This document shows positions 17,420 through 27,008 of a stretch of 64,000 bases of DNA, in pieces (position 1 is the first letter of the stretch; each line of letters opens with the position of its first letter). The notes below the pieces were generated by a model. The model was not told the DNA's origin, made no database searches, and worked only from the letters and a program-made list of their open reading frames with translations. The DNA is from Gemmatimonadota bacterium (lineage in GTDB: Bacteria; Gemmatimonadota; Gemmatimonadetes; Gemmatimonadales; GWC2-71-9): the NCBI GenBank assembly GCA_036679605.1, contig JAZDCZ010000254.1, forward strand, positions 157,807 through 221,806, in the 5' to 3' direction. A program made the position numbers and the translations under genes.

Positions 17420-20035
17420 ATGCTTAGTACCCTCGTTCTAGCCACGCTGATCCAGATCTCTGCGCCGCGTCAGGAACTCGCACCCGGCACCCGCTACGAT
17501 CCGGCGATTCCGACCCTGGGAGACGTTGTAGGGCACGACTTCCGCGAGCTGGTGACTCGTCCGGACCAGGTGATTCGGTACGTGGAGGCGCTGGCAGAGG
17601 CTGCTCCGGACCGCACACATCTCATTCGCTATGCCGAGAGCTGGGAGGGTCGCCCGCTCGTCGTTCTGGTGATCGGCTCGCGGGAGCGGATGGCGCGGTT
17701 GGATGAGATCAAGACCGACCTCGCCTTGCTTGCGGACCCCCGGGGTCTTTCCGACCAAGACGCCGAGGCCTTGGTCGCGCGCCTGCCTGTGGTGACGGCC
17801 TTGATGCACGGCGTGCACGGAAACGAAATCAGCTCGAGCGGAGCCGCGATGGCGGAGGCGTATCATCTTCTCGCTGCACAAGGAGACCAGGACGTCGACA
17901 TGATCTTCCGCGAGTCGCTTGTCCTCATCGATCCAATGGAGAACCCCGACGGACGCAATCGCTTCGTCAATCAGAACACGATGGCGCAGTCTCGCTGGCC
18001 GGATCCGAACACGATTTCAGCGGAGCATGACGAGCCGTGGCCGGGCGGGCGCGTGAACCACTATCTGTTCGACTTGAACCGGGACCTCTTCATTCAGAGT
18101 CAGCCGGAGACCCGCGGTAAGATCGAGGTGTTCCTCGATTTCCAACCGCAAATCGTAGTGGATTTCCACGAGATGGGAGGGAATGCCACCTACTTCTTCC
18201 CTCCTACCGCTCCGCCGGCGAATCCCTGGTTCGGGGAGCGTCAGATCGCGCTCATGGACGTCTTCGGTGCGGCGAATGCCGAAGTTTTCGACGAGCGTGG
18301 GTTCGCGTACTTCAACCGCGATGTTTATGACCTGTTTTTTCCGGGCTACGTGGATATGTGGCCGATGAGCAATGGCGCTCTCGGGATGACCTACGAGCAA
18401 GCCTCGGCGCGAGCGCTCGTAGTCCGACGGCGTGACGGTGACCTGCTGACCTACGGGGACGGTGTACTCCATCACTTCACCGCGGCCATCCAGACGGCGA
18501 AGACGGCAGCGCAGCACCGCGAGCGGATCGTTCATGACTATCTGGCGTTCCGCCAGGAGGGAGTGGAGCTGGGACGGAGCGGCCCCGCCGAATTCGTCCT
18601 GCATTCGGCGCACGACCCCAGCATGGCTGAGGGCCTGGCGCGGATGCTCGCACGAAACGGCATCGAGGTCAGAGAAGCGACAGGTCCGGTGGAAGTTGCG
18701 GGCCGCACACTTCCGGCCCGTGGCACCTACATCGTACCGCTTGCTCAGCCCTCCCATCGCCTGGTGCATGATCTGTTGGACGATCACGTGCCCATGCCGG
18801 AGGCGTTCATCCAGCGCCAGGTCGATCGGCGAGCGGAGCGGCTGCGGGATGAAATCTATGACGTGACCGCATGGAGTCAGTCGTTGCTTTGGGATGTCGA
18901 GGTGCTGACTTCGGACCGACCGACGGGTGGCGCCGGTATGATCGTAGCCGCCGACAGACCCTCCGTAGCAAACACTACGCTGCCTCCCGCACGGGTCGCG
19001 TATCTGATACCGTGGGGCACTGCGGCGGCCGCCACGGTAACCGAAGCGCTTGCGGACGGGATTCGAGTACGCTCGGGCGGCGGCGAGTTCGTCCTGGGGG
19101 ACCGCTCCTACGCTGTCGGCACGGCGATTGTCCGCACCACGGAGAACGGTTCCGACCTGGCCGAGCGGCTGGGCGCGATTGCCGCGAAGCACGGCGCCGA
19201 AGTAGTGCCCATCGACGACTCCTACGTTCGTGAGGGCATGTCGCTGGGGAGTGGCCGCGTGCGGGCTCTGCGCGAGCCCAGAGTGCTCCTCGTCTACGAT
19301 CGACCCGGCTCGACCTATTCGGTCGGATGGGCCCGCTATGTGCTCGAGCGCCGCTACGGGCAGCGCACCACCGTCGTTCGCGCGTCGCGTCTGGGCCGCG
19401 TCACACTCTCCGACTTCGACGTGGTCATCTTTCCGAGCGGCAACTACTCAGACGCGGTCGGTAGCAGACTCGTGCAAAGACTTCAGAACTGGATGCGCGA
19501 TGGTGGTACGCTCATCACATTGGGAGAATCCACACGCTGGGCTACCCGTGAAGAGGTGGGCCTGCTGGCCACGAAGGCCGAGCGGCGGGGTGGGCGTGCC
19601 GAGGGCACCGATGCACCGTCGCACGACACACCCGATCAGCCCATCGACTTTCTCGACGCCATCGTCCCGAACGACGAAGGGCCGGAGTCGGTTCCGGGTG
19701 TGATCCTTCGGGTGCACCTGAACACGGAGCACTGGCTCGCCTCCGGGACCGATGGGGAAGTGGGCGTGTTCGTGAACGGTGGTCGGGTATTCCAGCCGAT
19801 CACACTCGATCGGGGCACCAACGTCGGGCGTTACGCGGAGGTCGACGACCTGGTGTTGAGCGGAGTGGCGTGGGAGGAAACCCTACCGCAATTGGCCAAC
19901 AAGGCGTTCCTGATCCATCAGCCTGTGGGGCGCGGCCGGATCATCGCCTTTGCTGAAGACCCCAACTATCGGGCTTACCTGGAGACAACCCAGTTGCTCT
20001 TCATGAATGCCGTTCTGCTCGGCCCGGGGAGATAA
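17420..20035 (+). CDS. M14 zinc carboxypeptidase family protein
   Basis: HGNEIS, NPDGR, FDLNRD, DFHEMG. Confidence 0.9.
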   Translation: MLSTLVLATLIQISAPRQELAPGTRYDPAIPTLGDVVGHDFRELVTRPDQVIRYVEALAEAAPDRTHLIRYAESWEGRPLVVLVIGSRERMARLDEIKTDLALLADPRGLSDQDAEALVARLPVVTALMHGVHGNEISSSGAAMAEAYHLLAAQGDQDVDMIFRESLVLIDPMENPDGRNRFVNQNTMAQSRWPDPNTISAEHDEPWPGGRVNHYLFDLNRDLFIQSQPETRGKIEVFLDFQPQIVVDFHEMGGNATYFFPPTAPPANPWFGERQIALMDVFGAANAEVFDERGFAYFNRDVYDLFFPGYVDMWPMSNGALGMTYEQASARALVVRRRDGDLLTYGDGVLHHFTAAIQTAKTAAQHRERIVHDYLAFRQEGVELGRSGPAEFVLHSAHDPSMAEGLARMLARNGIEVREATGPVEVAGRTLPARGTYIVPLAQPSHRLVHDLLDDHVPMPEAFIQRQVDRRAERLRDEIYDVTAWSQSLLWDVEVLTSDRPTGGAGMIVAADRPSVANTTLPPARVAYLIPWGTAAAATVTEALADGIRVRSGGGEFVLGDRSYAVGTAIVRTTENGSDLAERLGAIAAKHGAEVVPIDDSYVREGMSLGSGRVRALREPRVLLVYDRPGSTYSVGWARYVLERRYGQRTTVVRASRLGRVTLSDFDVVIFPSGNYSDAVGSRLVQRLQNWMRDGGTLITLGESTRWATREEVGLLATKAERRGGRAEGTDAPSHDTPDQPIDFLDAIVPNDEGPESVPGVILRVHLNTEHWLASGTDGEVGVFVNGGRVFQPITLDRGTNVGRYAEVDDLVLSGVAWEETLPQLANKAFLIHQPVGRGRIIAFAEDPNYRAYLETTQLLFMNAVLLGPGR

Positions 20036-20068
20036 GATGCGGAGGATGATTTCTATCCTTGTTGGGAC

Positions 20069-21070
20069 ATGCCCGTGACAACCGTACTCGAACTCGATGA
20101 GATCAAGAATCTGGTAGATATCCCGCAGGTGATCCGCGAGATCGAAGCCGGATTTGTTCTCTATTCCGAAGGTCAAGTGGAAGTCCCGCCAGTGGGGTTT
20201 TTGCATTTCGAGAAACCTCCAGGTGACGTCCACATCAAGTACGGTTTCGTGACCGGCGACGACTACTATGTCCTGAAGATGGCGTCCGGGTTCTACAACA
20301 ACGCCGAGCTGGGGCTGCCAATCGGTGATGGCCTGCTTCTAGTTTTCAGTCAGAAGACAGGAGAACTAGAGCTGATTCTTTTGGACAAGTGTTGGCTCAC
20401 GGACGTGCGCACCGCCGCAGCTGGGGCGGTCGTAGCAAAACACTTGGCACCGAAAAACATTCATCGAATCGGGATCGTGGGAACGGGCGTGCAGGCAAGG
20501 ATGCAGCTCGAAATGTTGCGCGACGTAGTCGACTGCACGAGTTGTCTAGTCTGGGGACGGGATTCGACGAAAGTCCAAGGCATGATTGCCGACCTTCGGG
20601 CAAGCGAGAGTGTTCAGGTTTGGGGGTTGGAGATCGAAGCGGCACCAGCGCTTGACGATCTGGTTTTGCAATGCAATCTCATCGTGACCGCAACATCGGC
20701 ACGAAGTCCGTTGATTCGGGCCGAGCAGGTGCAGCCGGGAACACATATCACTGCGATGGGATCGGACGATCACGGGAAGCAGGAACTCGAACCAGAGGTC
20801 CTCGGAAAGGCGGATCTCGTGGTCGCCGACAGCGTGTCACAATGTGTCGACCACGGCGAGTGCTTTGGTGCGGTTCAGGAAAAACACATAGAGGTAAATG
20901 CAATTCTTGAATTGGGCCACGTCATCAAGAACCCGGGAATCGGTCGCACCACCAATGACCAGATCACTGTGGCGGATCTTACCGGAGTTGCGATTCAAGA
21001 CATTCAAATCGCCAAGATGGTCGCACGTGCACTCGGGGACGCACCCCTGCAAGGGAGGCAACGATCATGA
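20069..21070 (+). CDS. Ornithine cyclodeaminase/mu-crystallin family protein
   Basis: LTDVRTAAAGA, GTGVQA, HITAMGSD, DLTGVAIQD. Confidence 0.9.
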   Translation: MPVTTVLELDEIKNLVDIPQVIREIEAGFVLYSEGQVEVPPVGFLHFEKPPGDVHIKYGFVTGDDYYVLKMASGFYNNAELGLPIGDGLLLVFSQKTGELELILLDKCWLTDVRTAAAGAVVAKHLAPKNIHRIGIVGTGVQARMQLEMLRDVVDCTSCLVWGRDSTKVQGMIADLRASESVQVWGLEIEAAPALDDLVLQCNLIVTATSARSPLIRAEQVQPGTHITAMGSDDHGKQELEPEVLGKADLVVADSVSQCVDHGECFGAVQEKHIEVNAILELGHVIKNPGIGRTTNDQITVADLTGVAIQDIQIAKMVARALGDAPLQGRQRS

Positions 21071-22041
21071 CCACCGGTGAGCAACTCCTGGACGTGCCTC
21101 GATTGGTCCTGGAGGCCAACGAAAGATGCGAAGGCCACCTTTCGCCCACTCCTCTCGAATACTCGATGTATCTCAGCCGGCAGATCGACGGCGAGGTCTG
21201 GCTCAAGTTGGATTCGATGCAAAGAACCTCTTCCTTCAAGTTCCGCGGAGCCCTCAACAAGATTCTCTCGCTCACCGAGTTGGAACTCGACAAGGGGGTC
21301 GTCTCGGCCTCGACAGGGAACTACGCCTTGGCGGTTGCAGAGGCCGTGAGGATTCGAAAACGCCACGCCACAATCTACGTGGCCGAAGATATGGAGCCGT
21401 CGCGTCTGGAGCTGTTGCGCGCCCATGGCCTCGATCTGGTCATTCACGGCGAACATGCCTGGGATGCTGAGAAGGAAGCCAGACGCGTAGCGGGAGAGGA
21501 AGACAAGATTTATGTGTCGCCCTACAACGACCCCATCGTGGTCGGTGGACAAGGCACGTGCGGGTACGAGATCTCCAACCAACTTCCCGACCTGGACGCG
21601 GCCCTCTTCGCTTGCGGGGGGGGGGGCTTGCTAACCGGATCGGCGGGGTGGCTGAAGTCCCATAACCCCGACGTGGAGGCCTTCGGCGTCTCCCCTGAGA
21701 ACTCCCCAGTAATGCATGAGTCCATGCGGACCAAGAAGATCGTCGAGATGGAAACCTATGCAACGCTCGCAGACACCTGCGCGGGCGGTGTGGATCTAGA
21801 CAGCATCACTCTAGGGCTGTGTCAGCGATATGTGGAGGAAATCATTTTGCTCAGCGAGTCAGAGATCGAGGAGTCCATCCGCCTTCTCTTCGAGCAGCAT
21901 CGCCTCGTGGTCGAAGGTTCGGGAGCCTTGGCCGTTGGGGCTCTTCTCAAACGGAGAGAGCGATTCAAGGGGAAGAAGGTCGTCGCCGTCGTCTGCGGGC
22001 GCAACATCGATCTGGAAGTGTTCAAACGGATCATTCAGTAA
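21067..22041 (+). CDS. PLP-dependent threonine/serine dehydratase family protein
   Basis: SFKFRGA, SPYND, GQGT, GGGGLL, CGRNID. Confidence 0.9.
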   Translation: MTTGEQLLDVPRLVLEANERCEGHLSPTPLEYSMYLSRQIDGEVWLKLDSMQRTSSFKFRGALNKILSLTELELDKGVVSASTGNYALAVAEAVRIRKRHATIYVAEDMEPSRLELLRAHGLDLVIHGEHAWDAEKEARRVAGEEDKIYVSPYNDPIVVGGQGTCGYEISNQLPDLDAALFACGGGGLLTGSAGWLKSHNPDVEAFGVSPENSPVMHESMRTKKIVEMETYATLADTCAGGVDLDSITLGLCQRYVEEIILLSESEIEESIRLLFEQHRLVVEGSGALAVGALLKRRERFKGKKVVAVVCGRNIDLEVFKRIIQ

Positions 22042-22161
22042 AAGGTTGGACCCGCGGCCTAAGCGCCCCCTAAGCAATCGCAACGCCTCTCATCCGCGTG
22101 CATCCGCGCGGCGTCCTTCTGATCGACACGGATCGTCAGCGGTCGCCTCGAATCGGCGCGC

Positions 22162-22917
22162 CTACAAAACGCTCCCGAGCGCGACGCGAACGGCTTCGCC
22201 GCTAACACCGCTCGACTCTTCCGACGCGAAGAAAGCGATCATCTCGGCGACCTCCTGAGGCGTGGCGACACGGCCCGGCAGATACTGGTTCGCTCGTTCC
22301 TCCCACACCTGCTCGGGTGTGACGCCACGTTCTTCCGCCTCGGCGCGTGCCGAGCGCTCGGCCATCTCGGTCCGTACCCAACCGGGCAGTACGGCATTCG
22401 CGGTAACGCCGTGCGCGCCCGCGTCCTGTGCGACCGATCGCATCAATCCGATTAATCCGTGTTTGGCTGCAGTGTAAGCGCTTCCCGCGTATTCGGCGAC
22501 CAGGCCGGCCGTCGAACTGGTGTAGACGAGGCGTCCGTAGCCGCGTTCGACCATCCCGCGCGCCACCAACCGCGAGAGGTGGAAGGGTCCGTCGAGGTTG
22601 ATCTGCATCGTCTCGCTCCAGACCTTCGGATCCTGCTCCCAGATCACCCGCTCGTGGGCCGAGCCGATACCGTGATTGCAGACGAGGATGTCAATCGGTC
22701 CCAAGCGGCTCTCGGTTTCCGCTACGGCAAGCGCGCAACCCTCGGGCGTGCCGAGATCTGCGACCGTGTACTCGAGACCGAGTGCGGCCAACTCCTGTTC
22801 GCTGCGCGAGACGCCCATGACCCGGGCGCCACGCGCAGCCAGCAGCTCCGCGACCGCGCGCCCGATGCCTCGGCCTGCGCCCGTGACGAGCGCGATCCTG
22901 CCCTCGACTCCTGCCAT
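22162..22917 (-). CDS. SDR family oxidoreductase
   Basis: TGAGRGIG, YTAAK, NAVLPG. Confidence 0.92.
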   Translation of the reverse strand: MAGVEGRIALVTGAGRGIGRAVAELLAARGARVMGVSRSEQELAALGLEYTVADLGTPEGCALAVAETESRLGPIDILVCNHGIGSAHERVIWEQDPKVWSETMQINLDGPFHLSRLVARGMVERGYGRLVYTSSTAGLVAEYAGSAYTAAKHGLIGLMRSVAQDAGAHGVTANAVLPGWVRTEMAERSARAEAEERGVTPEQVWEERANQYLPGRVATPQEVAEMIAFFASEESSGVSGEAVRVALGSVL

Positions 22918-23053
22918 GCTCCGAACCTCCGTTGTGTCCTATCGCGTTCGCTCGACCCACGCGCGCGCGCACACTCGTAATTGTCTCGGCCGGCACATCT
23001 CCGTATGCTACACCGCCCGGACGTTGACGGTGATGTGCAACCCGGCGATTGTA

Positions 23054-23127
23054 TTTTGTGGCGCGATTCCGACTTTTATGGCGCGATCTTCCATTTTATG
23101 GCACGATGATATGTTATATGACGCGAT
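23054..23127 (+). repeat. Four phased direct repeats, 20-bp period
   Basis: TTTTGTGGCGCGAT, TTTTATGGCGCGAT, TTTTATGGCACGAT, TTATATGACGCGAT at 23054/74/94/114. Confidence 0.85.
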
Positions 23128-23159
23128 ATATACAGTAAGAGAGTCACCCACCAAATCCG

Positions 23160-23312
23160 TGCCGTCCGAAGGATATGCACCTCTCTCCGTAGCAGCCACA
23201 AAGGTCCTCGCGCTCGTCCGGCAACCTCTGTCGCGTCGGATGCCGAATACATTGGGTTCAATCGCCCGACAGTGCTGGCATTTCACGCGGCGCTGTCTGA
23301 GAACTTGCCCTA
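23160..23312 (+). pseudogene. Possible Fic-family relic
   Basis: EGYAPLSVAATKVLALVRQPLSRR and, in another frame, AEYIGFNRPTVLAFHAALSENL recall two distant segments of HTH-Fic proteins. Confidence 0.4.
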
Positions 23313-23343
23313 GCCCGGCAATTGCCGGCCTCCCATTCGTCTT

Positions 23344-26300
23344 TCAGCGCAGCCTCACCGGAGCCAACCCGGCAGCACGCCGCTTCGCGTTCAGCGCATC
23401 GAGACCCGATACGCTGAGTTCACTCCAGCGTTGCATCACGTCCCGCGCCTGGGCGCGCGCTTTGTCTCCAGCCGCCACCCTCCGAACCGTAGGCCCGACG
23501 TCCGCATCGGCCATGGCCATCGCGGCGCCCATCAGAGCGTTGCTCACGCTCTGGAGCGTGGCTGGTCCGGCCGGTCCGCGCCGGAAGAACCGGCGTCGGG
23601 GCCTCGGAGCGGGCGCCAGAGCCTCAACCTTGGCCCTGAACGCCGCGACATCCGCACCCTTCAACGCCGCGAGCTTCGTCACCAGAGCACGCGCCTGATC
23701 GTAGGCGGCGCGCACCTCGACCGCTCCGTCGTAGAGACGCCGCGACAGGGACGCCAATTGAGCCAAGTCCACAGCGGAAGTCTTCACCCTCGGATCGAGG
23801 CGCAGCTCGAGCGGCCGGGTGAACTCCTGCCCCTCGACACTCAGGCGGACGGTGTAGGTCCCCGGAGGAGCCCACGGAGCCTGTATCGACGGGCGGGTAT
23901 GATGCGGTACAGCGCCGGCGGAGCCGCTCGCCCTGGGCTCCTCGCCGAACGGATCGAAGGCCAGATCCCACGCGAAGCGGCGCACCCCCTTCCGGGTGGA
24001 GAGCGTCATCTGCGGGGCCACCCAGTAGAGCGGCACGTTACAGTTCGGGGCCGTGGGTTCCCTCCGGCAGACTGCGTCATACGCTTCCGGATCAATGCCG
24101 GGATCGGGGTCGAGCACCGGGTCATCGCTCGAGTAGGAGCGCACGACCTTCCCGTCGGCGTCCAGGATGTCCAACCCGACCGCCCCTGAGGCATCCGAGA
24201 CGAGATAGTAGTCGATGATGCCGCCGGGAAGCGGGTTCTCACCGGCCGGCAACTCCGGCGGCCACTCGGTGGGCGCGTTGGTCCCGGAACGCACCCGCAC
24301 GGCAGTCGCGGGCTCGAAGAGATACGCGATGCGGGCGGCCCGCGCCTCGGCCGCCTGCCGTAGCGGCGTGACGTCGTCCAAAATCCAGAAACCGCGACCG
24401 TGAGTGCCCGCCACCAGGTCGGAACACAAGCACGTCGTGTCGTCCTTCAACTCGATGTCCCGTACAGACACCGCTGGCATGTTCATGCGCAGCGATTGCC
24501 ATGCATCCCCGTCATTGAAGGAAACCCATACCTGCGTCTCGGTCGCGGCGTAGAGCAACCCTTCCTTCCTCGGGTCCTCTCGGATCGAGTTTGCGACCGC
24601 ACCGGGGGCAAGGCCGCTGTTGATTTCCGTCCATGTGCTGCCGCCGTCGTGCGTACGCCAGAAGTGCGGGTTCATGTCATCGATCCGCATCGTGTTCGCG
24701 GCAGCATACGCGGTACCTGCGCCGAAGTGACCGGCTTCGATGTTGAAGATCCGCGTCCAGGGCTCGATCTCGGGCGGCGTCACATTCCTCCAGTGGGCGC
24801 CTCCGTCGCTCGTAACCTGGATGTTGCCGTCGTCGGTGCCCGCCCAAATCACGTCCACGTCCAGCGGGGACGGAGACAGCGCGGTGATCGCGCCCTGCGG
24901 TCCGGGCGTTACACCGTCGGCATACTTCCCCGCGCTCGTCGGCACGTCCCAACTCGGGCGGGCAAGGTCGGGGCTCACGCGACTCCACGTGTGACCGCGG
25001 TCCATCGTCTTCCACACCACGTTCGACGTGTAAAACATCATGTCCGGATCGATCGGCGACCACTGCAGCGGCATCGTCCGCACGTCGCGATTGAAGGGCC
25101 CTCCCCGCGGTCCCATGTCGGGTCCAACACGCGTGGTCTGGCCAGTTTTTCTGTTGTAGAGCGTGACGTCCGACCGGCTACTCCCGAACACCATGTCCGG
25201 GTCCCTCGGATCCGGTGCCGCAATGCCGTACTCCTGGATGTTCGCAGGATGCCAATCGTGGAAGGTGATCTCGCCGTCCATGGAGCGACTCGCGACGCAC
25301 GCGGAGCCCGAGTCCTGCTGACCGCTGCACACGCGGTACGGGAAGTCTTTGTCTGTGGTCACATGGTACATGGCGCCAGTGGGCTGTGTGTACCAGTTGC
25401 TCCACGACGCACCCCGGTTTGCCGAGATCACCGCTCCCTGGTCGGACACTGCGAGGATGATTTCGCGGTGGTCCGGGTTGATCCAGATCTTCTGGTAGTC
25501 GTCACCACCGTACGCGCCGCGCACCGCCGACCAGGTGATTCCCCCGTCTTCACTGCGCCACATGACCACCGTGGCGCTGTAAATAATGTTCTCGTCCTTG
25601 GGGTCCACTGTGACTGTGGGCAGGTCACCGCCGCCGATACGCCTCAGCGGTCTCGTATCCACATGTGGCGTAGCGGCGTCCAGCGGGCCCTCGGGCACAT
25701 CCACGGGTGTCCAGTGCGCTCCACCGTCCGACGAGGTGTAGAAGCCCACAACCCCGGTGGTACCGCCGTCCCTGCCGGGCCCGGCGCCGGTCGCGGCCTT
25801 GCGGGTGCCGGCCACCATCGCATAGAGCCGGCTCGGGTTGCTCGGCGCGAGGGCCAGGTTGGCCTCGATCACACTCGGCAACCCTTCGGTAAGCGGATTC
25901 CAGGTCGTGCCGCCGTCCGTGGATTTGTAGATGCCGTTCCCCGCGCCGCCAAATTCATAGCTCTCGCGGAAGCTCTGCTGCTGCTGCCAGAGGGTCGCAT
26001 ACACGGTGTTTGGATCCGACGGATCGATGAGAACGTCGTTGCCGCTCGTGTACTCGTCGCGGTAGAGCACCTTCTCGAACGTCTGCCCCCCATCGGTAGA
26101 GCGGAAGATGCCCCGCTCCTCGTTGGGACCGTACGGGTGTCCGAGCACGGCGACGAACAGGCGGTCGGGATTCGTCGGGTCGACAGCGACGTCGGCAATC
26201 ATCTGGCTGTTCCGCAGCCCCAGGTGCGCCCACGTCACACCAGCATCCGTCGACTTATACATCCCGTCACCAGTGGAGAGGTCCGGGCGAATGATGCCCG

Positions 26301-26625
26301 CACCGCTACCCACATAGATGATGTCCGGATCGGACGGCGCCACTGCGATGGCACCGATGGAGCCCGTAGGCTCCCGATCGAAAAGTGGTTCCCAGTTCGA
26401 GCCGTAGTCGGTCGAGCGCCACATGCCACCGTTGTCGAATCCGATGTAGAACACGTTCGGCTGCGTTCGCACGCCATCCAGGGCCCGGGTGCGACCCGCG
26501 CGCGGCGGGCCAATCGAGCGCCAGTGCATCTCAGCGGAGATGTCAGGAGACTGGGCGGCGGCGAAAGAGGCAGAGGCCGCGAGAAATGTGAGTGCGAGAG
26601 CGGTGCGGAGAAACGTGGTAGACAT
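23344..26625 (-). CDS. VPS10/BNR-repeat beta-propeller (sialidase-like) exported protein
   Basis: WRSIGPPRAGR, repeated STDGG Asp-boxes, GTHGRGFWILDD; GGAGG RBS. Confidence 0.88.
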   Translation of the reverse strand: MSTTFLRTALALTFLAASASFAAAQSPDISAEMHWRSIGPPRAGRTRALDGVRTQPNVFYIGFDNGGMWRSTDYGSNWEPLFDREPTGSIGAIAVAPSDPDIIYVGSGAGIIRPDLSTGDGMYKSTDAGVTWAHLGLRNSQMIADVAVDPTNPDRLFVAVLGHPYGPNEERGIFRSTDGGQTFEKVLYRDEYTSGNDVLIDPSDPNTVYATLWQQQQSFRESYEFGGAGNGIYKSTDGGTTWNPLTEGLPSVIEANLALAPSNPSRLYAMVAGTRKAATGAGPGRDGGTTGVVGFYTSSDGGAHWTPVDVPEGPLDAATPHVDTRPLRRIGGGDLPTVTVDPKDENIIYSATVVMWRSEDGGITWSAVRGAYGGDDYQKIWINPDHREIILAVSDQGAVISANRGASWSNWYTQPTGAMYHVTTDKDFPYRVCSGQQDSGSACVASRSMDGEITFHDWHPANIQEYGIAAPDPRDPDMVFGSSRSDVTLYNRKTGQTTRVGPDMGPRGGPFNRDVRTMPLQWSPIDPDMMFYTSNVVWKTMDRGHTWSRVSPDLARPSWDVPTSAGKYADGVTPGPQGAITALSPSPLDVDVIWAGTDDGNIQVTSDGGAHWRNVTPPEIEPWTRIFNIEAGHFGAGTAYAAANTMRIDDMNPHFWRTHDGGSTWTEINSGLAPGAVANSIREDPRKEGLLYAATETQVWVSFNDGDAWQSLRMNMPAVSVRDIELKDDTTCLCSDLVAGTHGRGFWILDDVTPLRQAAEARAARIAYLFEPATAVRVRSGTNAPTEWPPELPAGENPLPGGIIDYYLVSDASGAVGLDILDADGKVVRSYSSDDPVLDPDPGIDPEAYDAVCRREPTAPNCNVPLYWVAPQMTLSTRKGVRRFAWDLAFDPFGEEPRASGSAGAVPHHTRPSIQAPWAPPGTYTVRLSVEGQEFTRPLELRLDPRVKTSAVDLAQLASLSRRLYDGAVEVRAAYDQARALVTKLAALKGADVAAFRAKVEALAPAPRPRRRFFRRGPAGPATLQSVSNALMGAAMAMADADVGPTVRRVAAGDKARAQARDVMQRWSELSVSGLDALNAKRRAAGLAPVRLR

Positions 26626-27008
26626 GAGTGAACGCCTCCTGGCGTACCCGGTGATCACTAGGAATTTCAATCGGTGCTCCGAAGGTATAGCGCGGTGGCT
26701 TGTGACGGTACCACTTCCTCACGATCTCGGCTCTGAAAAGCGCTAATGAACTCATGGCGTCGTTCCCTCGACGTTCCAGTTCTGGGACAACGTCCCGTTG
26801 CTTCTCGCCGATGCGCGCGTCATCTTTGGTGCCCAGGCAAACCGCTAACTGATGCGCAGGACAGGTAGCCGTACCTACTGTAACCTCTGTCGCATGCCCC
26901 CGTGCTGCGTCACGTTTTTCGACTGCGGGTCTCGACAGTTTGCAACGCACCGACACAAATTTTCGCGAGCTTGTAGCCGGGATACACACGACCCTGGAGG
27001 TATTTGAA

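Noticed and set aside
23054..23127. Mini-CRISPR
   Set aside because: 14-bp cores with 6-nt linkers are far too short.
22676..23698. 340-aa plus-strand ORF
   Set aside because: Spans antisense of two genes and a repeat array; at most a short Fic-like patch is real.
24400..26631. 743-aa plus-strand ORF and similar long antisense ORFs (e.g. 18017-19192)
   Set aside because: Shadows of real genes in high-GC DNA; no recognisable motifs.
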